Part shown: in pieces, positions 28,306-40,984 of the stretch
Position numbering within the stretch: the stretch's first letter is position 1
How the letters are laid out: each line of letters starts with the position of its first letter
Assembly (NCBI GenBank): GCA_951804945.1
Contig: OX638152.1
Coordinates: 68,448,001 to 68,512,000, forward strand
Direction: 5' to 3'
Length of the DNA: 64,000 nt
Source: Podarcis cretensis
Lineage: Eukaryota
Position numbers and translations under genes: made by a program
The notes under the pieces: model-generated
Database searches by the model: none
Told to the model about the DNA's origin: nothing
What the model saw: the letters and a program-made list of their open reading frames with translations, nothing else

Positions 28306-28820
28306 TTTTAAACTATCTCTAGTTTTTCATTTCCAGGTTGTGGCAAACATCAAATATACTAAAATGTCTATCAGGCGAGTGCCAGAGTTTCCCAAAGCTC
28401 TGACTTCATACTTTGCCTATGCCAGCAATGGCGATCTTAAAAGGCCTCACCAATATAACCTGTACAGCTTCAGCTTCTGCATATTTTGCTTTTCTACTAA
28501 TGTGGGTTCCCAAGCCCAATGTGTAAATCATACAATGTCCAATACCATTCCCACTAACATTTGCACACATACATACACACACAAGGATTAGGCTAGGCTT
28601 CAGTTCTATGCATTTTATATGTTAAGACCATTGCACAGTTGCCTGGTAAAAGGGGTGGCTTAAAAGGCACCCCCATTTCCTTAGAACAAGTTGAGAAGTT
28701 ATGAAAATCCAAAAAACCCGAAGAGTCATACTTAAGAGATTTCTGGCTTTAAAAAAAAGGTGGCTCCCAGATATAAAATTTCTGCATTGCTTCTTTCTGA
28801 AAAATATAGTAAAAACTTAC

Positions 28821-28942
28821 ATTTACTGGCAGACTCATCATTTCCAAGGTCAGAGTCATCATTTCCAAGGTCTTTATACAGGAGCTTCTCAGATTTTGCA
28901 GAGTCACTAACACCCTGAGTTTCATCTTGCTGCTGATGAAGA
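28821..28942 (-). CDS. OFD1: OFD1 exon 18 (122 nt, contains a 21-nt tandem duplication)
   Basis: LHQQQDETQGVSDSAKSEKLLYKDLGNDDSDLGNDESASK|gtaagt. Confidence 0.87.
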
Positions 28943-29794
28943 CTAAAAGGAAGGAAAGAGATGGAGAAAAGTGATTATATTTAGTTTAGAAAAGTTTCTA
29001 AAACGTTAAGTTAATAGGCCTGTGTCACATCTGCAGAGCACACCATGGGCATAACATACAAAGACATGAACATTAGTTACAAAAAAGGTTTATCAAAGCT
29101 CTTTGTTTTGCTCTTGCAGGAGGAGCCTTTATGCACAGTCTTCCCTATGCCGGCATCAACCATCGGAAAACTGAGTTATGGTTGTATGGAGGGGAAAAAC
29201 CATAGCGAGGTTCCTTTCTGCAGTCTGGATGACAGCTTCCATGCTGTCCAAGTGTTCTAATAATTCAGATTTCAGTCATAATATCCAATATCTAAACTCA
29301 TGATCTCCTATTCACAATAGCAAGGTTGCCTCATCATTTTATCAACTTGCATACCACTGTACAGTACTCTCTACCTTCTTCCTGGTGCAGTATTACCAAA
29401 CACACTAACTCTTATGGGATACAGCTCTCAAAGTGGAACAACATGGTCAGGATATGGACCCACAAAAGTTAAGCAACCACTACTCACTCACCACTACCCC
29501 CGAGTCTGCATGTTAGAGGCCCACTACTGTCTCCATCTCTTTTTGAATGCAAGGGCACAGCCTTCAGCAGCAAAAAAACCACACAGCTTGTGTAAGGGAT
29601 TAGGAAATGTTTGGTATATCTCCATGTTTCTGTAATGTATTAAAATGCAGTACACAAAAAGATACTGTAACTACTGAAGTGCCTGAGGATAAACCATGCT
29701 CTTGGAAGAACGTTTGATTACGGATATCAACAGGTAACACACAAATATGGGACATGACATAGCTGAAGATCTTTCGCCACTATATAAACATTAC

Positions 29795-29942
29795 CTTAGT
29801 TTTTGTTTGCAGGAGGCTGGGGAAGAAGAAACTGATATATTAGAAGCATGTTCAGGAGATGAAAGGTTGCCTGTTCTTTGAATGGGGGAGAGAGGTTGGT
29901 CTGCATTCTGATGAGGGGCAGCAAAAGATGAGGCAACTGTAT
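29795..29942 (-). CDS. OFD1: OFD1 exon 17 (148 nt)
   Basis: ttctgcag|DTVASSFAAPHQNADQPLSPIQRTGNLSSPEHASNISVSSSPASCKQKL|gtaatg; phase 1 to 2. Confidence 0.85.
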
Positions 29943-30274
29943 CTGCAGAACAGAAGGCAACCACATATTACTGTGCAATAGTATCTGAACAGCTACTGTA
30001 AGCAACAAAACACTTAATACCAGTGATGTGCATTGGAAATTGTTCCTGGAAAACCACAGAATACTTTAAGGAGGGGTAAAAACACAGGAACATTGGAAGA
30101 CTCTGAATGCTTAAAAGATAGGCTTGGTACTCTCTAACACTGGTTTTCAGATTAGAAAAAATTGGTTCATTGTGGAAAAAATACAAAATATTTTTTTCTG
30201 CACAGTACTTCTCACTTAAGTTTATCTCCATGTTTTGAATAAATAGCAGGAGCAAGAGAGTGTTTAATCAGAGT

Positions 30275-30278
<4 letters not shown>

Positions 30279-30314
<36 letters not shown>

Positions 30315-30337
30315 TACGTACGTACATACACACACAC
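30279..30337. repeat. (TG)n-(TACG)3-(CA)n microsatellite, quasi-palindromic
   Basis: Directly visible. Confidence 0.93.
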
Positions 30338-30547
30338 AGACTACAGAGAGTCTACAAGTAAAAGACTAACAGTTTCAATGATAAATAGTGTGGCATTAAA
30401 AGGGGGTCAGATGAAAAACAGCATTTCCATGTTTGCAGTAAGTAGAAATGGACCAAGGGAAGGAACCATCACGGCAGAAAACTCTGCTCCTGATACCCAC
30501 ACAAAGCAACAACTTCACTCATAATTCATGAATATCAAATTGCTTAC

Positions 30548-31144
30548 CTTCAGAAAACAGCTTGCTACTAATATTTCTCTTTGCTTTGGAAACAGGAGTA
30601 GAAGACAGACGTCTAGAAGTAGACTTCCTCCGTGGAGGGGTTAGATGATCTTTCAAGTGATCCCCATTTCCTGGTGTCCATCTATAGCTTTTACTTTTTT
30701 GGCAGTGAAAGGGTACTTCTTGGGAATATAGATCATCCTGTGCAAACCAAAGTCTTTGGCGAGATGCCATGTTAAAGTTACTTGCCATAGGTGAAGAGAA
30801 TGTGGTTTTTGCTGGGCCAGCTGTGGTTTGAATGGCTCTGTATTGGTAATTCCTGTAGGCCTCTTCTAAATATTCAGCTTCTCTTTCCAATTCTTTTATT
30901 CTAGCCTTTGTATTAGCTACAAATTCTAAATCAGAATCTTGTGAAGTGTTAGGTTTCAGTACGTGGTGATGATGTCTGGGGCTTGTACCATTTCCCATTC
31001 CAATAATATCAGCCATTGGCTGTGTTTTCAGGAAAGCACCATCTATATAAATATCAGGAGGTACAGTCTTGTCACCAAACAAGTCAATGATAGAACGATC
31101 AACCAAAGAGGGCTTTGGATTCCGATACACTTCATTCTCTAATG
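30548..31144 (-). CDS. OFD1: OFD1 exon 16 (597 nt)
   Basis: ALENEVYRNPKPSLVDRS...DSDLEFVANTKARIKELEREAEYLEEAYRNY...RRLSSTPVSKAKR...|gtaagc; matches ORF 30519..31154. Confidence 0.95.
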
Positions 31145-32074
31145 CTACAGGCAAGAATTTAATAGAGATAAAGAAAAGAATTTAAGAAAAAAATTGATTT
31201 GGTCATTGTATAATTAGCGTGCAAAATTGAAAACTGAACTTACCTTACATTTTAATATAGTTATTCTACACACAAATTCAACATGCTTTAATATAGCAAA
31301 AACCCCTCAAATTTCAGGTTTTTAAAGTTAGTACAATCAAACAAAATGAGCAGAAAATATTCAAATTAAGCTGAAAGTATCAGAGCCACAAAAGAGGAGA
31401 GTTAGATCCAAAGAGCTGCCTATACCAGCAGAAGGCAGTTACATTTCAAAATCAAATGTAGAAGTATAATGAAAGTATTTGCCTAGTCATTTCAAGATTC
31501 GAGGAGGAGTATGAGGTCTCTTAAAGCTATAATAAGGTACCCAAAGGCGGGGGGGGGGGGACCAAATACACAGAAAGCCACATTTAAATTGGACTTAACT
31601 CGATTTCAGAAATTGTGATTTCAAACAAAGAATGTTGTAACAGAAAGGAATGAAGGGGGGGGGGGTAAATAAGAAAATCTGAGTTGGGAGAAATAAAATA
31701 TAGTTATGGAAGGTTTCTGGCTAAAAACGGCATAGACTCTTTTTGTTTCTTGGCTCTGATTAAGGAGCCTTTAGTCCATGAAATTGTAAGCCCTAATAAA
31801 CTGTTATTCTTTAAGATGCCACAAGAATCTTTGCTGATTCTGTTTCTGAACTGTCAGATATTGTCTACATATGGTCAAGATCTTTCTCCATAAGAATTTT
31901 TTTTTAACATTTTAAAAATCACAATATCAAATACCAGACTTCTACAAAAAAACCCAATACATGCCATTTTTCATGTGTATTATTTCAATCTGCTCCAATG
32001 CTTAAATAAAATTGCTCTAAATAAAGCCTGATCTTATTCTGAGTTAGCCCAAAAGTGGAGAGGATTTTTCAAAC

Positions 32075-32186
32075 CTGTCTGTGTCTGTTTCAGTTGTAGC
32101 TTAAGGTCTTCCATTTGTGCATTTAACTTCCTGATAGTATTTTCACATTCCGACAACTGAGTCTTCAGCTGCACACAACGTTCAAT
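32075..32186 (-). CDS. OFD1: OFD1 exon 15 (112 nt)
   Basis: IERCVQLKTQLSECENTIRKLNAQMEDLKLQLKQTQT|gtttga. Confidence 0.92.
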
Positions 32187-32702
32187 CTAAAAAGATTTCA
32201 GAGACAAAATGCCTTACTAATTCAAGAGCATTCTTAACACACTGAAGCAACTAATCCATATAGTTACAAATGAGCAATCAGCCCCCCTAGGTCTCAAATG
32301 AATAAACTGGTGGAAGGGAGGCAGAGAGAAACAGATATTTTGATTTTGAGTACACCAGTTCCCCATCTAGAGAAATGAAGAATATGAATGTAGAGTCTTC
32401 ACTTGGCCTTTATTTGGGAGAATTTAGTTGTCTAATTCCTCGAGTATAATATTATCACAGTAAGCATTTACAACACTAACAATTTACTTAGTATCATGCA
32501 AAGAGTTCTCAGTTCAGCAGCAAATACAAGTGTAGAGGGTGTGCACTGCTTTTGCAGGATCAGACTGTATTTTTTAACATTGGTTTTAGACTTTAATAAT
32601 TTGGAGTGAGGAAAATGTGGTTGATGAATTTATGCTGATTCTATTGTGTTTTTAAAAAGTATTTTTAGAAGAACGAGCATAAACAACAAAATGGTAGTTT
32701 AC

Positions 32703-32833
32703 CTCATTTTGTAACTGTTTTTCCAAGAGCTGCTTGTGAGTGTCAGATTCTTCACCTTCAAGCTTCCTAGCATGTTTTGCTCTTTTCAGCTCTGCCTCAA
32801 GAACCAAATATTCAGCTGATGGCCGACTTAACT
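32703..32833 (-). CDS. OFD1: OFD1 exon 14 (131 nt)
   Basis: LSRPSAEYLVLEAELKRAKHARKLEGEESDTHKQLLEKQLQNE|gtaaac. Confidence 0.92.
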
Positions 32834-32934
32834 CTATAAAAAGGAGGATGGGGGCGGGGGCGGAGGAATAAAGTTAAAATCTAACCTTGCCAGGAAACAC
32901 TGCATCTGATACTCTGTAGCAGACCATCCAACTA

Positions 32935-33147
32935 CAGAGGTACCTCGGGTTACATACGCTTCAGGTTACAGACTCTGCTAACCTTGGGTTAAGAACTTTG
33001 CTTCAGGATGAGAAAAGAAATTGTGCCGTGGCGGCGTGGCAGCAGCAGGAGGCCCCATTAGCTAAAGTGGTCCTTCAGGTTAAGAACAGTTTCAGGTTAA
33101 AAACAGACCTCCGGAACGAATTAAGTACGTAACCAGAGGTACCACTG
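32935..33147. mobile_element. Tigger-like MITE, same family as the 23994 copy, opposite orientation
   Basis: TA|CAGAGGTACCTCGGGTTAC ... GAGGTACCACTG|TA; interior is the reverse complement of the 23994 copy. Confidence 0.87.
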
Positions 33148-33961
33148 TACACTCTTTAGCGTCCCGTGCTATGATTTAAATGGTTTAACTCCTGGAAAGC
33201 CCTCGATGCAGGCAGTCACTGAATATCCTTCTTAGCGTTAATCAGGACTTAACGAAAGATTAATAAGGTTCCATCCAATAATTATAAAAACATTGATGTG
33301 GGTTTTGCACAAATCAACATGGATACTGAGGACAGCACAGCACAACAAACCAAGGAGAGGAGCAAACAGTGGACTTCAGATAGGCCTTATCTTCCTATTG
33401 GTGAATCTCCTTCAAAAAACTTGAGTCATTGTTCTGTGTTTTTGGCGATCTTAGCCTCTGGGGCATCAAAACACTCAAGTACATAATATACACATTGACA
33501 TATACAACTTATAACAAGGGCATATAACCAAGCCAATTGAGGTCCCTCTATATCTGAGGTCATCTTTTTAGCTCCTTGCTTGAATCACAGTCATTTGTAT
33601 ATAATCAGCAAAGCACATATGCTTTAGCCTTTGGCTAGCTACTACAGATTTTATATCTTGTGCAACACAATTTTAAAGAAAGCCCATTGATGTTATTGTC
33701 ACTATTCAATAGGTGCCAGTGACAGTCTTGCAAAAGATAGGTGCAGATAAGTAGTTTTGGACTTTAGGAGTTACTTCCTGAAGCACTATGAAAACCCTGA
33801 AAAACCCATTTAGTTATGACAGAAACACAAAAGAAAAACAAATAGACATATAACACAGAGAAACAAAGAAAAGAGCAGACATGCTATTACATTTCTAAAA
33901 TGTATTTTCTTTGCAAATCTTACTAATAATTTTTTTTAAAGAATATTAGATTAACACTAAC

Positions 33962-34151
33962 TGTCTCGGAGTTCCAAGTTTTCATTGCGCGCCTCTTCCA
34001 ACTGTTGTTTGAGTAGCTTATTCTGCACCTGAAGTTCCATTTTCTCTTCTTTTAGTGTTGGATAATCTGAGACTTCTTCCAGTTTTTTTGTCATCAATTG
34101 ATTTTGCTTGCTTAATAATAAAACTTGAGCCTTGACTGAATCTATTTCCAG
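33962..34151 (-). CDS. OFD1: OFD1 exon 13 (190 nt)
   Basis: [63 protein letters not shown]|gttagt. Confidence 0.93.
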
Positions 34152-34282
34152 CTGGAAATAAATACCATATTAGAAAAAAAAAGTTAGCAGACCTCTTACA
34201 GTATATAACTAGATAATTTATTTATCTGAATTATAATGGTAGTAAAAATATATTGCTAAAACAGACATTTTAACTTAGCTAC

Positions 34283-34374
34283 CTCAAGCTCTTTTGAATG
34301 TGATATAGCATGTTCAAATTCTTGCTTTTTTGAATTAAGAGAAATGGTCTCCTCATGCAAAAGCATAGCTTTAT
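34283..34374 (-). CDS. OFD1: OFD1 exon 12 (92 nt)
   Basis: KAMLLHEETISLNSKKQEFEHAISHSKELE|gtagct. Confidence 0.9.
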
Positions 34375-34484
34375 CTGGTCAAAAACAGGAAAGTTTTATA
34401 TTAGACATTTCATTAAATAAAAGTCAAACATTTGTTTTTGAGTGGTAGGGTTTTTTAAAATAGAGAGATAGATATAAAAAACAC

Positions 34485-34558
34485 CTTTAATTTTTTTCTC
34501 ATCTTCAGTAATTTTCTTGGTTCTAGCTATGTATTCTTCATTTAGTTCAAGCTGATAC
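34485..34558 (-). CDS. OFD1: OFD1 exon 11 (74 nt)
   Basis: YQLELNEEYIARTKKITEDEKKIK|gtgttt. Confidence 0.92.
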
Positions 34559-35081
34559 CTAGGAATAAAAAGCATTGCAAAGTGTTGCCAAATTACTGAA
34601 GCACTGTCAGTTTCAATTCCATGTGTCTTTATAGCTAAGTCATAGTAGCTTTATGCTGGATAACTAACCATGTTCAATCTTCAGATACAAATCAGAGGGA
34701 GAACCCATATATAAAATTATAGTCCTAAACACAATTGACAGCTAGTTGAATCCAAGCAGATGAACTCAACTGAAACTTGATTAAAACTGCACTCTTGGTT
34801 TCTTTTTGTTCAAATTTTGCACAGGAGGAAAGAGGCCAGTATATCTGTGTACCCTGGCCAGCAGCATTTCCTTCAATCATGACATCCCTACAAAATTTAA
34901 TCTGAGTTTAAATATTTGAGCATCTCCTGATTAAATATTGAATATTTGAGCATCTCCTAATTAAAATCTAAATCCCTAAAACAGCAATTGCTAGCCTTTT
35001 TAAGGCAGAGGATCACATTGCCCTTTGGTCAGCACTCCAGGGACTGAAGTATAGAGGTGGGCATGGGCAGTGTGTGAAGTA

Positions 35082-35456
35082 CCGTACTTTTCTGTGTAGA
35101 AGATTAGGTTTTGCTTTCTAAACATCATCCTAAAAAGTGGGGGTCTTCTTATACAAGGGGAGTGTATAGGGTGTACGTTTCATTGGTTTCTGCCATGGCT
35201 GTCAGCGGCTATTGTGCGTGTTATTGGTTGCTGTGTCAATGGGTGGTGTTTATTGGCCGACACTGTGGCAATTGGGCAGGTGATTGGCAGCTTCTACACC
35301 GGCAAGGGAACAGACGAGCTCAACAACCCTGGGTAATGCTGCCCCCCCAAAAAAGCTCAACAACTTTATGCCATCTTCCCCATTTTCTTAAATTTGAGTC
35401 CCCCAAAATAGGGGGCATCTTATACATGGGGGCATCTTACACACAGAAAAGTACAG
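35082..35456. mobile_element. Tc1/mariner-pogo-type MITE
   Basis: TA|CCGTACTTTTCTGTGT ... ACACAGAAAAGTACAG|TA. Confidence 0.8.
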
Positions 35457-35763
35457 TACAAAAAATTATAGGGGAGCAAATACGACCTGTGGGCTAGTCA
35501 CCCCTGCCCTAGTAGAGTTTCAGGGCATTGCAAGAGGATGAACAAGAAACTTCTATAGGCTTGCTGCTTCCATTACTCTCTTTTCCATAGGGCAAGAGCT
35601 CCAAATTCCATCTCTTCCCATCACACTGACAGACGCATCCCTAGTATATAAAAATGCTCCATAAATATTTCACTTATTAGTATTTTCTGTTTGTCTTTAC
35701 TATGCGACTACTTTTCTATGTGCATCATATGCAGTTACTGAAGGAGACAGGCAAATTAATTAC

Positions 35764-35883
35764 TTTAGGAGTTCGTTCTTTAGTTTCTGGTCGTAAGTCT
35801 CTTCAATGTTCTTCACAGTTACCTCCCGATGACGAAGTGCATCTTCTACAGTTTTATTTTTTGATTCTTGAAGGTTTTGAGCT
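35764..35883 (-). CDS. OFD1: OFD1 exon 10 (120 nt)
   Basis: [40 protein letters not shown]|gtaatt. Confidence 0.93.
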
Positions 35884-37540
35884 CTGAAGCAAAGAAAGAA
35901 AATGCACAATAAAACAATCCTAACAGAACAAATCAGGTGACAGAAGCATCAGAAACATGATGGGGAACTTATTATTACAGTGGAACTCACAACAAAATGC
36001 TGCAATATGTGCCTAGGAGTGCTCTTGTCCAAGTCCCTGGCCAGCCTAGAACAATAATCTTGGATTAATATTCTGGCCTCCGGGGGGGGGGGGGGGGTGC
36101 TGAGGTAAGAAGCAAATGGCTATTCTGCCACCCCATTAGAGTTCTTTTTAAAGAGTTCTCTCTTTTTTGTACTCCTGCAACCCCTGAGATTTTCACCAAG
36201 CTTCCTACCATCTCCCTCATATGTGGATGCAGCCATCTTAAGTACCCACACATGGAGAACTAAGTTTGCTATTTGATTTCTTATTATGTTTTTACTTGGT
36301 AGGTTTAAAGTGACTCAGATGATAATGTGTCTTCAGACCCCCACATTTCCCATAATTATCATATGGACAATAGTTTCATATTCAAATGTTCTCTTCTGTA
36401 ACTACACTTCCCTTCCAATCAGTTCTTTAGAGCAAGAATAGCAGTAAAGCTGGGTGTCAGCTTCTTCAAATACCCCTCTCCATCCAAACTCTTCCACCCA
36501 CACTGTGCTTTGCAAAGCCACTTTTAACAGCACCTATGCTACTTCCCATAGTCAATCCCAAACTTATCATCATCTTAATCTCCTTCCCACATGGCACTGT
36601 TCCCCACCCCAAATTTCTTCATTATGTCAAAACAAAACAAAAAACATCCTGGCAGTTTAAACTACCCTGCCATACAACTCTCCAGGGTCACTATTACCCA
36701 TTCTGGTTTGACTGCAAATGCTGGCAAATTACAAGTTCTACACTCTGCACTGCATGAGCACAGAGACCTGTATTAAAGCATGCTGCAGCAATCACTGGTA
36801 TTTCAGATAGAAATGTGGGCTGTGGTAAAGATTAGGCCTTAAATCTGACAACCCTACTGTTGGACATATACTACTGATTTCAGGAAATCTTTAACAACAC
36901 TGGCTCACGAACTAATTATTTAGGACTGCAAATGCTGAAAGTAAAGGAATTACAAGGGAGGATGAAGCTTATTCCTCTATTTCAAAGGTTCACCAGCTCC
37001 CTCTTCTGGGTAATCAGAGGGATTTTCATCTATCATTAAACTGAAGGGGAAGGAAAGGGAATTAAAAGGCGACAAACTTAAACTGCCTAATCAGTTAATT
37101 ATGGATTCCTGAGCAACTATGCTTAAATATTATTTATTGTATGTATTTAACTGACTAAAGTTACATACTTATTTGATGGAAAACCTCTAAGCAGTTCACA
37201 AACCCATATTCTCCTAAACATACATCAGGACTAATGGCAAAACATCAACATGCACTGTTGTCAATATCTAGATGGTTTAATTAAAAAACAAAAAAATGTA
37301 TTGACTTCAAGACAAACTGTCAAAGCAATGCCAACTTTTCGATGAAACACCATAAAACTCAGTTAACAGGGAACAATTCTGCCGCTAAAAGCAGCTGGAT
37401 AATACTGTTTCTAGAGGTGTAAAATTACATTTAATGAAATAAGAGTAAATGAAGCTTCATGCTAACTGTAGCATTTAGAAGGCCAAGAAAAATATGCGGT
37501 TTTTCCCCAACTAAAGTTATATGAATGTTTAACAACTCAC

Positions 37541-37647
37541 AGTTCAAAAGCTTCTATTCTCTGCTTCAGTTCTGCCTCTCGGGATCTTACTGTTTCAATA
37601 TCTTTCAGCAGGCTTTGCCTTTGCAGATAAATTTCCCTTGCATCAAT
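37541..37647 (-). CDS. OFD1: OFD1 exon 9 (107 nt)
   Basis: [36 protein letters not shown]|gtgagt. Confidence 0.93.
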
Positions 37648-38191
37648 CTATTGGGAAAAAACATATTTGTATTATATGCAACCCCAAATGTAGCAACAGC
37701 TGCATATTCTATATGAGATTTGGAAGGCTGTATTCACAACTAGCATTCTATTGTTAACTTGTTGCTGGAACTGCCTGCACTTCATTATGCAGTTTGCTGA
37801 TAAAACTAGTTACTACTAGAAGACTTAGCAGTAGTTACAACTAGGTAAAACAGGTATCTTATGAGTTATGGAAAGAGTTCTATGATTTATTTATTTTTCA
37901 GTGGATAACAGTGCAAAGGGAATAAGACGCAAATATTAGGACATGGAAGATGCATTTCCACTTTTTCAAATACAGCATCCCACACAATTACTTATGCAGT
38001 GCATTTTAATAGCAGGTGGTCACATTTTTCGGCACAAATGGCAGATTAGGAACCACAATGGAACATACATAGAAGTAACCTGCAAGCAAAATACATAGTC
38101 ACTCCCAATACATTTCCCAGTATGGCTCTTGATATAGGATAAAACCTCCCAACTCCTGCATTCTATTTAGTTCAATTTTTTCAAACATTAC

Positions 38192-38365
38192 CTCTTGCTG
38201 CTTCTGAAGCCTCTCAATAGCATTTCTTTCTCGAGAGCTTAGAGCCTCTGACTTGGCTCTGTGAACTTTTTCAAATTCTTTACGAAGCTCTGAAATCTCT
38301 TTCTGGGATTGTGCTCTCTCGTCCATCTTAATTTTGGCTATTTCAACCTCTTTGAAGTGTTGCAA
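38192..38365 (-). CDS. OFD1: OFD1 exon 8 (174 nt)
   Basis: LQHFKEVEIAKIKMDERAQSQKEISELRKEFEKVHRAKSEALSSRERNAIERLQKQQE|gtaatg. Confidence 0.94.
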
Positions 38366-38941
38366 CTGTGGCATTCAAAATAAAATTATAAGTGTCAACT
38401 GTCACATAAAAACATTAGATCACAGGTAGATGGCTAATTCTTGTGACTAGCAAATCCCTCCTGTGTAAGAATGTGATAAAGTACCATGGTAAATCCACTG
38501 CTCTACAACTAATCAGATCTCCCAATTTTCCTTTTCCTAAAAGTAGCTGTTGGGTGAACAGGCATTTGCAGCAAGCACTGATGCATGCAAGGATTAAGCC
38601 ACATTATAGCCCTGATCCAAGTCACTTCCTATAGTTTTTAAAGAAAAAGTGATCTAATCACAGATCTCCTGTTTAATGTAAGTTTGGCCGTTAAGTGAGC
38701 AAGCAACTGAGACAGAGCATTTAGTTGATCCTGCAACTAATCCCAATGATTACTCCTACTAATCATAATGTAAACAGCCATGTCTTGCTCAATAAATGTT
38801 TGTCCTCTGCTTTTCCTTCATGTATTTTGTGTAGTCTAAGAATAAGTAAATTGTTGTACTAACAAAAGCATCAAATAGGCACATGAAAATTTGCATTAAG
38901 ACTGACAAAACATCATTGCCTCTCCTCCCATTTCCCTTCAC

Positions 38942-39078
38942 CTTCTGAGACATTTCCTCTTGAAGCTGTTGTTCTACTTCTTTTCTATATTCAGCAAGTT
39001 TTACTTCAAACGACTCAGATTTGTGGCACTGAGGATACATGTCTGCAAACTGTTCATCAATCAGTTGAAGTTTCTCAG
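38942..39078 (-). CDS. OFD1: OFD1 exon 7 (137 nt)
   Basis: [45 protein letters not shown]|gtgaag. Confidence 0.94.
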
Positions 39079-40592
39079 CTATGAAAAAATATATAAAAGG
39101 CATTGTTCCATTATATGTGATCATACTAAACAAAAGAAATTTACATTGCTGACATTTTTATAGGGGCCAGCTCTCCTACTTCATTTTATTATGCTATGAT
39201 GCCAATGATGATTTATATTTATTGGTTGCTTTACTCATGGAAACATAAGAAGAAATACTAAAACCAGTTACAAGTAACACCATCAATAACTCCCCCCGTC
39301 CCAAATCACACATCTATAGAAATAAGAGACATGTCTTACAGATCCTGCCCCCTCCCCAAAGAGCCCACAAATACTTTTTAAAATCTTCAAATTAATGACC
39401 TAAAGCTTAGGTTAAAAGGAAGTCTTTGCCTGGTGCCTAACAGATAAATATAGCACCAGACACAAGTCCCTTTAGAGAGCATTCCACAAGCAGGAAGTAA
39501 CCACTGAAAAGTGGCAGAGGGCACTCAATGGTGACTGACTGTGTCAACAGCCTGCACCATTCACATATTACACTAATTAGCCAGGGCCTCAAAAGAAGCA
39601 CCAGTCATATGAGTCGGAAAATCCCCAAGAGGTACCTGGAAGCCATCAGCCTCCAAGGGAAGGCCAAACTAATAGGTCCCCTGCCTCGGCTGAGGGGGAA
39701 AGGGTCTGAAAGCATAAAGCTATGACGAACCTCTACTAAAAAGAGCACCAAGGAATAAATGAAAGAGAGAAAACAATATAGAAATAAATCAGGTATCTAG
39801 CAGCCTGAAACTATGTCCAGCTTAAATAGATGCCACTGTACTCCAGACTGCATCTGTATTCCATCCTAACTTCCATTCTATGAATAGATTGCTTGGTCTA
39901 GTATTTGATTTGTGTTAGATCTGTTCATCTGAAATATGTTTTCTGTCCTATGCAGTGTTTTGGAGTATACAGTACAGTGATGATAAAGGATATTCTGCAA
40001 TGGCTAAAATGGAAATTTCCCACAACCATAGAGTTGGGCTGCAGGTGCAGGAAGTAGAAGAGGATGATGTGACTGGTGTATACATTAGTCTACTTTTTAA
40101 CCCTGCAAGATATTTTTTTTGGGGGGGGGATAATTCTGCTATTTTTGTTCTACACTTGTGCAGCGGCTAGGTGTAGCAAATTCATTGGACCAGTCTAGTA
40201 CATACCTATGCAATCACATACCTATCTTTCCAGAGAACTCTCTGTAGGGAAGACACCATTTTCAATGTTTCTGTTTTCTCTCAAAGCACAAAACTCACAA
40301 CCATATTGTGTTGAAATGTGAACCCATGATTATGTTTTGATCCACATTTAGAAACTGCAACATATAAATATGTGCAACTCCTTCTTAGCTAAAAGCTTTC
40401 CCAACTTTTTTGAAGGATTATATGCTTTTTAAAGGTAAAAAGGTGCACATATACTCCAGTTAGTAAAGAGTTATGTCAGAAGCAGTATGAAAGCAAGGCT
40501 ACAGAACAGATGCTACAGTATTCTCTTTCTTAAGGCTGAATATATAAATAGCTAAAGTCTGAGGATAAAGCAACTGCAGTAACTCCACTTAC

Positions 40593-40697
40593 CAAGAGAT
40601 TCTTTACCAGGTGTGGGACTGGTCTGAGTTTCTGTGCTGCAGATCTGCTTATGCAGGCTATGGTCTATCAGTTCAGTTAATATCTGTACAAGAAAGC
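40593..40697 (-). CDS. OFD1: OFD1 exon 6 (105 nt)
   Basis: FLVQILTELIDHSLHKQICSTETQTSPTPGKESL|gtaagt. Confidence 0.92.
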
Positions 40698-40984
40698 CTT
40701 AGAGATACACCATTAATCACACATCTCTTCTCCAACAAATGACAAGTTTCAAACTCAAGAAGGAATAAATATTATTTTGCAACAGTAAAAGAGTACCAAT
40801 GAATGGAAGTTGAACAATTCTAAAGAAAAAAAAGCTGTCCCTCTTATTTTTAAAATTTCTTCAAAAAGAGCCTATGGTAGCAAATAATACATTAAAATAT
40901 TTTTTTAAAAAAAACAACTAAAAATATCTGAAACATTTCAATACATGTACAACGTTTTTAACATATAACATGTACATATGGTTG

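Noticed and set aside
29968-30045. Acceptor ttttccag at 30046 as the start of OFD1 exon 17
   Set aside because: Entry in the required phase 1 hits TAA within 11 codons; the acceptor at 29943 gives an open, phase-consistent exon
35111-35497. 128-aa ORF as a possible transposase
   Set aside because: Lies inside a 375-bp MITE; no DDE/HTH features
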